DNA of 64,000 bases from an uncultured Candidatus Saccharibacteria bacterium (GTDB lineage: Bacteria; Patescibacteriota; Saccharimonadia; Saccharimonadales; JAGQNJ01), in contig CAZRSX010000003.1 in the NCBI GenBank assembly GCA_964602865.1, forward strand, positions 65,288 to 129,287. Reading direction: 5' to 3'. Shown here piece by piece: positions 36,209 through 43,389 of this stretch. The position numbers and the translations under genes were made by a program. The notes under the pieces were generated by a model that saw only the letters and a program-made list of their open reading frames with translations, made no database searches and was not told the origin of the DNA. Positions within the stretch are counted from its first letter, which is position 1; each line of letters starts with the position of its first letter.

Positions 36209-37866
36209 TGACCGTATCTCATACAACAGAAGAATATGAACAGCATCAACAAGCGAGAGCTGATTATTCTAAGCAAGTATTAAGCTCTTCTTCGAATAAG
36301 CGTTTAGTAATGGCGGGCCCAGGAACCGGTAAAAGCTTCCTCTTTCAGCAAGTAGCAAAAAATCTACGTGAGCAAGGTAAAGATAAAATTCTTGTCCTAA
36401 CATTCATCAATGAATTAGTGAAAGATCTTGCAATTGATATGCATGGATTGGCAGAAGTATCTACCCTGCATAGCTTCGCAGCCAAGAAGCTTAGAAGTCG
36501 CCAAAGTATTTATCTGGACTTATTATCTGTTGTTTCAAATGATTATAAAATCGAAGGCAATGGGGAGGTTAAGTTCCCACCCATCCTTAACAATTTAAAA
36601 ATATCAGAACATGAATGTGAACTAGAGTATCTCAGCAAAAGAAGACAATATTACGAGGCTTATGATGCAACAACAATTGTTTACGATCTGGTTAATTCAT
36701 ATCAAGCAGATAGCAATAAAATCCCGACATATGATCTGATAATGATTGATGAATATCAGGATTTCAATGAACTAGAGGCGGCATTAATTGAATTATTATC
36801 GACAAAGAGTCCTGTGTTAATAGCTGGTGATGATGATCAGTCATTGTATTCTTTTAAACATTCAAAACCTGAAAATATACGCACTATGCATGCGAATGAT
36901 GATTACGAAACTTTCGAACTCCCTTACTGTTCAAGAAGTACTAAAGTAGTCATAGATGCGTTTCACGATTTCCTTACATCGGCACAATCTAATGGGTATC
37001 TCAACGGTAGAGTTAGCAAGCAGTATTTGTACTTCCCGGATGCAAAAAAAGACAAGTATTCAAACACATACCCAGCAATTGAAATTCGAAAAGAAATATA
37101 CGAAACCAAGAATGCTTGCATGATTGACCAATCCATTAAGTCAATATTTGAGTTTGAGCCTGAATTCGATGTATTGATTATATGTCCTCTGAAAAAACAG
37201 ATCCCCAAAATTGCCGAAGCACTTCGAAAAAAAGGTTACACGAATATTTCTGGCGATGAAAAAACAGGAGTTATCAAACGATTACTTGCAGAAGGCCTTC
37301 ACTTGTTATTTGAGAATAAGGACTCAAATCTAGGATGGAGATTATGCGCAGAGGCACTGTTAGATGAAGGTGTTTTTGAGGACGCGGTTAATAAAAGTGC
37401 CGACCTTCAGACAGCATTTAAGGATTGTCTTCCTAGGGATGCAGTAGCGCTAATCAAGAAGCTTCGGGCAATTTCGGTAAAGCTTCAGGATGGTACGGAA
37501 ATTAATGCCCAAGATCAGGAACTAATATTCGAGAAGCTGGGCATTCAACCAGATAAGCTTGGAGAGGCATTTGCAAAAGACATAATCTTCGGCTCTGCTT
37601 TATCAGGAGATTTACACTGTTCAGTTAAGATCAAGATAACTACGATCCTCGGCTCAAAGGGTCTTTCGTATGACTATGTCTTTATGGTTAATTTTGACGA
37701 CAGGTATCTACTTACACAAGACGGGTCTCAAGTGGATGACGAAAGTATTAATAAATTTCTTGTTGCACTGACACGCTCTCGTAAAAAAATATCAATATAC
37801 ACAAGCAAAACTACAGAGCCTACATTTGTTGCATGGATTAATGATGAGAGGAAGTTGGTCCTATAA
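36208..37866 (+). CDS. UvrD/Rep-like SF1 helicase / AAA ATPase
   Basis: 552 aa. Walker A AGPGTGKSF, LIMIDEYQDFN, IAGDDDQSLY, GSKGLSYDYVFMV, VALTRSRKK. TAATG start/stop overlap. Confidence 0.75.
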   Translation: MTVSHTTEEYEQHQQARADYSKQVLSSSSNKRLVMAGPGTGKSFLFQQVAKNLREQGKDKILVLTFINELVKDLAIDMHGLAEVSTLHSFAAKKLRSRQSIYLDLLSVVSNDYKIEGNGEVKFPPILNNLKISEHECELEYLSKRRQYYEAYDATTIVYDLVNSYQADSNKIPTYDLIMIDEYQDFNELEAALIELLSTKSPVLIAGDDDQSLYSFKHSKPENIRTMHANDDYETFELPYCSRSTKVVIDAFHDFLTSAQSNGYLNGRVSKQYLYFPDAKKDKYSNTYPAIEIRKEIYETKNACMIDQSIKSIFEFEPEFDVLIICPLKKQIPKIAEALRKKGYTNISGDEKTGVIKRLLAEGLHLLFENKDSNLGWRLCAEALLDEGVFEDAVNKSADLQTAFKDCLPRDAVALIKKLRAISVKLQDGTEINAQDQELIFEKLGIQPDKLGEAFAKDIIFGSALSGDLHCSVKIKITTILGSKGLSYDYVFMVNFDDRYLLTQDGSQVDDESINKFLVALTRSRKKISIYTSKTTEPTFVAWINDERKLVL

Positions 37867-39345
37867 ATGACTCTAAGTAAGTCAGACTACACAACCTATT
37901 TAAAACACCCTGCTTGGCTTTGGATCAAGAAACACGCTAAGACTATCCTCCCACCTATAGACCCTGCAACTCAAGCGATCTTTGATACCGGCCACGAATT
38001 TGAGCAATACGCAGAAGCTCTTTTCCCGGGTGGCGTAACTCTTGGATTTAATGACTACGACGAATACATATCATTGCCCGACAGGACTACCCAGGCCCTT
38101 GATGAAGGTATCCTCACGATCTTCCAGGGTCGCTTCGAACACAAGCAGTTAACCTTTATTTGCGATGTTATTCAGGTGGTTGGTAATAAGGAAGTAGACC
38201 TAATTGAGATCAAATCCAGTACCAGTGCCAAGCCAGAGCATGTGGTTGATCTCGCATTCCAGATGGTAGTTCTGGAGAAATGCGGCTACAGTGTGCGAAA
38301 TATATCCGTCATTCATGTAAACAATCAGTATGTTCGCAGTGGTGCAGTCGATGCAAAGTCCATTACTGCAAGAACTGACGTTACTGAAAGCGTTAAGGCT
38401 GCTCGTGAGTCTACTCTACAAAAAATAGATGAAGCACTCGAAGTACTGGCATTGACCGAATGCCCCGATGTGTCGCCGCTTCACGCTGATTCAAAGTCTT
38501 TTGGAGAATGGCTGGATATTTATAAGCATCTAAAGAATCCGAAGCCGGGCAGTATATTTGATTTATGCCAAATGGATGCCAAAACATTACGGAATCTACA
38601 AGCCAGTAACATCACTCATATAAAGGACATCCCCGCAGATTTTGTACTGAAACCAAAACAAAGATTGCAGGTTGAAGCCTTACGTCAAGGTCATCCAACA
38701 ATTCAAGCTGACAAGATTAAAGAATTTCTAGGCTCATTCGAATATCCCTTATATTTTTTCGATTACGAAACTCTGGGCAGCCTTGTGCCTTATTTTGACG
38801 GCTTAAAGCCTTATCAACAGTTGCCATTCCAATACTCGCTCCATACCCTAGATAGCCCCGACTCAGAACTAAGACACGAAGAATTTCTGCATCGTGATAG
38901 TGCCAACCCTGCCCAACCGCTTACAGAAGCATTGATTTCTCACATTGGAAATAAAGGAACGATCATCACCTGGAACATGGGCTTTGAGAAAAACTGTAAT
39001 AATCTAATCGGTAGTCTTCTGCCAGAACATGCTGAATTCTACGAAAATCTGAATAGCCGCATTGTTGATCTGATGACTCCGTTCTCAAAAAATTGGTTCG
39101 TAGATGCTGATTTCTGTGGTAGTGCATCGATTAAAAAAGTGTTGCCAGTGCTAGTGCCGGAACTTTCTCATAAAATGCTAGATATTTCTGATGGTAGTAC
39201 TGCCCAGCGACTTTGGATGGAAGCCGTTCTTGACGGAAAACGTCCAGACGAAAAAGAAAAGATTCTTACCGACCTACTCGATTACTGCAAACTTGACACC
39301 CTTGCAATGGTTGAAATCTGGAGAGTGTTAAGTAAATTGAGTTAG
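37867..39345 (+). CDS. DUF2779-like protein: N-terminal PD-(D/E)XK nuclease + C-terminal RNase H-fold exonuclease-like domain
   Basis: 492 aa. CDVIQVV...VDLIEIKSS is a D...ExK motif. YFFDYETL, TWNMGFEKN and LDYCKLDTLAM are DEDD-like motifs. Starts immediately after the upstream stop. Confidence 0.65.
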   Translation: MTLSKSDYTTYLKHPAWLWIKKHAKTILPPIDPATQAIFDTGHEFEQYAEALFPGGVTLGFNDYDEYISLPDRTTQALDEGILTIFQGRFEHKQLTFICDVIQVVGNKEVDLIEIKSSTSAKPEHVVDLAFQMVVLEKCGYSVRNISVIHVNNQYVRSGAVDAKSITARTDVTESVKAARESTLQKIDEALEVLALTECPDVSPLHADSKSFGEWLDIYKHLKNPKPGSIFDLCQMDAKTLRNLQASNITHIKDIPADFVLKPKQRLQVEALRQGHPTIQADKIKEFLGSFEYPLYFFDYETLGSLVPYFDGLKPYQQLPFQYSLHTLDSPDSELRHEEFLHRDSANPAQPLTEALISHIGNKGTIITWNMGFEKNCNNLIGSLLPEHAEFYENLNSRIVDLMTPFSKNWFVDADFCGSASIKKVLPVLVPELSHKMLDISDGSTAQRLWMEAVLDGKRPDEKEKILTDLLDYCKLDTLAMVEIWRVLSKLS

Positions 39346-39347
39346 CT

Positions 39348-40187
39348 ATGGCAAGATTTTACTGCACCGTCCCCAATCTTGATATAACGACTCAAGTAAC
39401 AGATGTAAAGTTAGCCGATAATGTCAGCAAAGTAGTGCTGTCTAATTCGAGATTATCTGCAGAATTGCCGAATGGACTGTCTGACAAGATTTATGACAAG
39501 ATATCTAAACAGGTTAGAATTATATATTCGTTTTGCTTTGAAGAAGTTTATCCAGAAAGTTATGACATAGACGAGCCAAGCACTTCAATTGGCGTTGGTG
39601 GACATGATGAAAGGAAAGAGCACCTCCTTGTATACTCAGGCAGCCCGAGAGACGAGTTTAAGGAAATATCATCTGCTCTATTCGAAGACCTTCTGAAGCT
39701 AGAGATTGGACAAAAAGATAAGCGACAACTATTTAATCTTATGTTTATATGGGCTAGAGCGAAGGAATTAGAAGAATTAAAATTGATGGTCGAGGCATAT
39801 ACCCAGTATTGGCGAATATTGGATCTAATTAAGGCTAAGGGTAACAAGGCGGCGGCGGTTAAACTACTGCAGAGCCTATCGCTAGAGCAAACCACATCTA
39901 ATATTGCTGCTGCAAAAATTGAAATGGTTATGCGACCACAAGCTAAAAAATATTCTAAGGATAATATAGAGATGATTTCTTATCTTGATAGCTTAAGGCA
40001 TCCGCATGCTCACAAACCCTCCAGAAGCGAGGACTACTATCTTGAAGAAATATCGACTCATTTGGATGCAGAAATGAATAATATCTTCATCGCAGACATA
40101 TCAAGACTTTATGTTCTATGGACTGTTGGGCTTAAAAAATATTATCTGAAACCAAGAGCAAACATTTACGAACTAGCTAAGCGTTAA
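39348..40187 (+). CDS. hypothetical protein (possible HEPN-like R-x4-H motif)
   Basis: 279 aa, predicted helical. Contains LRHPHAH (R-x4-H), which is weak evidence. Starts 2 nt after the upstream stop. Confidence 0.45.
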   Translation: MARFYCTVPNLDITTQVTDVKLADNVSKVVLSNSRLSAELPNGLSDKIYDKISKQVRIIYSFCFEEVYPESYDIDEPSTSIGVGGHDERKEHLLVYSGSPRDEFKEISSALFEDLLKLEIGQKDKRQLFNLMFIWARAKELEELKLMVEAYTQYWRILDLIKAKGNKAAAVKLLQSLSLEQTTSNIAAAKIEMVMRPQAKKYSKDNIEMISYLDSLRHPHAHKPSRSEDYYLEEISTHLDAEMNNIFIADISRLYVLWTVGLKKYYLKPRANIYELAKR

Positions 40188-40230
40188 AACGCAAGTGTTT
40201 ATCACCTTATCTACTGATACAATATAGTAA

Positions 40231-41151
40231 ATGTCTCTATACAAAATCAGCGAATCAAAGCTAAAACCAGTATCGGCTAAAGATTTCAAACTTGAGCGCG
40301 ATTCACAACGACTTATCGAATCTAATATCGAGGAAGTATTCGGACTGAAGTTTGTTGATACAGAATTCCAGCTCAATGGCCTGCGTGTTGATACATTAGC
40401 ATTCGACGAGGAAACAAACAGCTTTGTAGTTATTGAATACAAGCGTGATCGTAGCTCTAGCGTCATAGACCAAGGGTATTCGTATCTAGCTCTTGTTCTA
40501 AACAACAAGGCTGACTTTGTCTTGCGTTATAACGAAACACAAAAAGCTAGTCTCACTAAGTCCGATATAGATTGGAGCGCAACACGAGTTATATTTGTTG
40601 CTGCTCGTTTTACTACTCATCAACTTGGTTCAATTAACTTTCAAGACTTACCGATTGAACTATGGAAAGCCCAATTATTTGAAGGCGGTATGATCAGTAT
40701 CGAGCAACAACTGGCGGACAAACAAGCAGAATCTATCAAAACCGTCACCAAGAAATCTACAACTACCGACAGTGTTGTTGAAGAAATTCGTACCTATAGT
40801 GTGAACGATCTTATAAAAGAAGATTACCCGTCCAAGTCTCTATATGAAGAGTTGTCTACAAGAATTTTAGAACTTGACTCAAATTTCACAGAATCACCCA
40901 AGAAGGGCTACATTGGCTTCAAACTCGGTACAAAATTAGTTGTTGCTGTCGTACCTCAACGTAATCGTTTAGTACTAGAGCTGAATCGAACGAGACCCGA
41001 GGACGTAGATGATCCAAAAGGACTCGTTGAGCTTATACCTAAAAGTCTAGAGCATAAGAATCGATACATTAGTCGTATCTTTATTGAAGACATTGGTGTC
41101 ATCAACTACGCAATGACACTTGTTGAGCAAGTGTATAAAAGACATCTATAA
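40231..41151 (+). CDS. NucS/DUF91-like PD-(D/E)XK nuclease with C-terminal DUF5655-like region
   Basis: 306 aa. VDTLAFDEETNSFVVIEYKRD is a D...E-x-K core. C-terminal KKGYIGFKLGTKLVVAVVPQRNRLVLEL resembles DUF5655 from memory; unverified. Confidence 0.55.
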   Translation: MSLYKISESKLKPVSAKDFKLERDSQRLIESNIEEVFGLKFVDTEFQLNGLRVDTLAFDEETNSFVVIEYKRDRSSSVIDQGYSYLALVLNNKADFVLRYNETQKASLTKSDIDWSATRVIFVAARFTTHQLGSINFQDLPIELWKAQLFEGGMISIEQQLADKQAESIKTVTKKSTTTDSVVEEIRTYSVNDLIKEDYPSKSLYEELSTRILELDSNFTESPKKGYIGFKLGTKLVVAVVPQRNRLVLELNRTRPEDVDDPKGLVELIPKSLEHKNRYISRIFIEDIGVINYAMTLVEQVYKRHL

Positions 41152-41170
41152 ATTGGCGTAAAATGTAAGT

Positions 41171-42364
41171 GTGTACACACATCTCAAAGAACGCCAATTT
41201 TACGAAGATATCTACGATAAACACACTGTAGAGTCTGGTCGTCGTGGCATGGTTCATTATGAGAAGTTCTATAAAGAACTCGAAGCGAAGCTCGACAAAG
41301 ACGATACTATCGACAGGCCGGGTAATGCAATCCTACTCAATGCTTTTTATATGCAAATTATCGGCCTTGAGCTACTTGAGCGCTATGAAAACCGAGAACA
41401 ATACATTACCGACTGGATGGCCAAGGACGAAGTTAAAGACGAGCAAATTACCTCAGCAAGGCTGAGCGAAGAGCCGTACTGCCACAACTGTGGCAAGCAA
41501 GGGCTTAGGATTATAGACAAATCACTGATGCACCGAAGCAAGACCTATAAAATCGGCGATCCTGAAGAAGTCCTATTTATGCTTCGCTGTCCGCATTGCG
41601 AGAAGAACAGTGCCTTTTGGGAAGACGGCACTGCTTGGAAGGTAAAGCCAACCGTCTGTCCAAAATGTAAATCAGAAGTGACGCATAAGACTACTAAGAC
41701 CAAGAAAGCCATCACAATCACTTATACCTGCACCTCTTGCAAACATAGCTTCAAAGACAAGATGGATCTTACTGAAAAGAAAGAAGAACCTGACCCCAAT
41801 TTTGATAAAGACCGTGCTCATTTCTGTTTGTGGGACAAGGAGTTCCGCGAGCATGTATTTGCCACCAAGAAGGGCTTTGAAGACATGGCTCGGCTTGGTA
41901 AAGAGATGAAAGAAAAGCAAGACAATAAACATCTCTACGATGCTATAAAAGAGATTAAGAAGCCAAAGATCGCTGAGCTATCTACTATTCTGGCTCCCGC
42001 ACTGGAAAAGGCCGGATATATTGAATTTCACTTGGATAAACCCGAAATGGGACGAGATGTTTATATCGGCTTCAGCTGTCTAGATAGCAAAAGTGACCGA
42101 AACGACTACGATAGCGAAAAGACCTTAAGGAAGACTGTTCAGGCCGCGCTGACAGATACTAATTGGCGACTTATGAGTGACGGCATACATTACAGGCTCG
42201 GATACCTGAACGGACGACTACGAGCCTACGAGCGCGAAGAAGATCTTAAGAATTTAGTCGAGAAGGATATTAAGGCCGGTAAGCTCGTGCCAAAGGCTCC
42301 TAAACCTGCCGATAAAGACCCCAATACTCTCTTAGCACCTGACGGTACGAAGATAATACTATGA
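41171..42364 (+). CDS. hypothetical protein with two CxxC...CxxC zinc ribbons
   Basis: 397 aa (GTG start; next in-frame ATG at 41249). CHNCGK...CPHCEK and CPKCKS...CTSCKH. Lys/Glu-rich. Confidence 0.45.
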   Translation: MYTHLKERQFYEDIYDKHTVESGRRGMVHYEKFYKELEAKLDKDDTIDRPGNAILLNAFYMQIIGLELLERYENREQYITDWMAKDEVKDEQITSARLSEEPYCHNCGKQGLRIIDKSLMHRSKTYKIGDPEEVLFMLRCPHCEKNSAFWEDGTAWKVKPTVCPKCKSEVTHKTTKTKKAITITYTCTSCKHSFKDKMDLTEKKEEPDPNFDKDRAHFCLWDKEFREHVFATKKGFEDMARLGKEMKEKQDNKHLYDAIKEIKKPKIAELSTILAPALEKAGYIEFHLDKPEMGRDVYIGFSCLDSKSDRNDYDSEKTLRKTVQAALTDTNWRLMSDGIHYRLGYLNGRLRAYEREEDLKNLVEKDIKAGKLVPKAPKPADKDPNTLLAPDGTKIIL

Positions 42365-42386
42365 CATTCTGAGAATGTAAGTTAAG

Positions 42387-42821
42387 GTGACAAGCACCAT
42401 GACAGATTTATCAATCTATATGACATCCATCGGCAACGATGACTACCAGATGTTTATCAAGAACAATAACTCTGAAACAGACTTTATTAGGATTGTTATT
42501 GGTTATACAGAAATAGTTAAAGGCGAACGGGTTGGCAAGGTAGTCAACAGCTGGATTATCTCTCCGCTGCAAAGCTATGGAGAGCATGTTTTTGTTCAAT
42601 CAGCCAATAAGCACATGATGCAGGGCAAACGATTATGGGTTGCCTTTGAGGCATTGAAGCGAAGTAAACCGAAGAATACATTGGTTGGTAGTTTTATGGC
42701 ATTATCGCCAACAGGCAGTAAATGGCGCAATACAGTTGGCTCGTCTACATATTTCGATATCAAGGCCATAGATTCCCTAAGAAGTCTAGAAAAACCACTC
42801 GAAATAGCTCAGATTGCCTAG
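42387..42821 (+). CDS. hypothetical protein
   Basis: 144-aa ORF (GTG 42387 or ATG 42399), last gene of the co-directional block. No recognisable motif. Confidence 0.4.
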   Translation: MTSTMTDLSIYMTSIGNDDYQMFIKNNNSETDFIRIVIGYTEIVKGERVGKVVNSWIISPLQSYGEHVFVQSANKHMMQGKRLWVAFEALKRSKPKNTLVGSFMALSPTGSKWRNTVGSSTYFDIKAIDSLRSLEKPLEIAQIA

Positions 42822-42906
42822 CTTTTGAGACACCCTAGAGTAGTGTCTCATTTGTCGCATTTTAAGGAGTTAGGCTATAATTCATGCAAATAGCGAGGGT
42901 TAACTT

Positions 42907-43086
42907 ATGGCAAAAGATACTAAGAATAAATCAGCAGCACCTGGCTTGATAATTGTAGGCTCGTTAATTACCTCTGTTGTTACAGTAAACCCGGTACCAT
43001 TTATTGCCGGAATATCATTCGTAGGGCTATTCGGAAATAGATTTGGCCAGAAGTATGACAAAAAGACAGGAAGAAGAGTTAAGTAA
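42907..43086 (+). CDS. candidate 59-aa small membrane protein (below ORF-track cutoff)
   Basis: Own translation: MAKDTKNKSAAPGLIIVGSLITSVVTVNPVPFIAGISFVGLFGNRFGQKYDKKTGRRVK*. GAGGG lies about 9 nt upstream of the ATG. Hydrophobic core with a basic tail. Confidence 0.3.
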   Translation: MAKDTKNKSAAPGLIIVGSLITSVVTVNPVPFIAGISFVGLFGNRFGQKYDKKTGRRVK

Positions 43087-43114
43087 GCATTAAGGGACTA
43101 GACCTGTATGCTCA

Positions 43115-43156
43115 GCCAAAGCAAGGCTCACTCGCAAGAGTGGGTTTTGCTTTGGC
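43115..43156 (+). terminator. long GNRA-capped hairpin at the right end of the island (terminator or structured RNA)
   Basis: GCCAAAGCAA (43115-43124) pairs with TTGCTTTGGC (43147-43156). The inner stem GGCTCACTC/GAGTGGGTT is capped by a GCAA tetraloop (43134-43137), giving ~19 near-continuous bp. Only a weak T-tract follows. Confidence 0.4.
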
Positions 43157-43190
43157 TCTTGTGATGCGAGTTCGAATTCCCGATCAAAAG

Positions 43191-43293
43191 TGATCGGGGT
43201 GAGAAATGCCGGTGGCATTTCGCAAGGAAACCTTCCTCTGAAAACTTGTTTTCAAAAGTGAAGTTTCGGGCTCGCCGAAGGTGAGTCGAATCC
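43191..43293. repeat. right copy of 103-bp direct repeat (DR-R)
   Basis: 101/103 identical to 22352-22454 (see DR-L). Confidence 0.9.
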
Positions 43294-43307
43294 CTCATCC
43301 CCAGCCA
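43191..43307 (+). pseudogene. tRNA-Gln-like 3' portion (variable loop, interrupted T-arm, acceptor 3' strand and CCA); attR-like junction
   Basis: TGATCGGGG + insertion + GTCGAATCCCTCATCCCCAGCCA. The last 22 nt (43286-43307) are identical to the 3' end of the intact tRNA-Gln (22546-22567). No matching 5' acceptor strand is found nearby. Confidence 0.65.
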
Positions 43308-43389
43308 AGAAAAAGATGGCGGTGCATTCTCACCCCCAACCAAAAGCCTGATATACGAAATTTGAGTATTTACAGGTAGAATAGCTGTA

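Larger units (their letters stand above)
22455..43293. mobile_element. ~20.8-kb integrative genomic island (serine-recombinase type), defence-gene cargo
   Basis: Delimited by the 103-bp DR pair and by a nested 22-bp tRNA-Gln 3'-end repeat (22546-22567 = 43286-43307). Contains a large serine recombinase and a phage-like ParB-methylase. Hand-counted 60-nt lines are 37-43% GC inside vs 52-57% in flanking lines. Confidence 0.7.

Noticed and set aside
22568-43190. A complete prophage
   Set aside because: The recombinase, ParB-methylase and a terminase-small-like HTH are phage-flavoured. But there are no recognisable capsid, portal, tail, large terminase or lysis genes. An integrative defence island or satellite-like element fits better.
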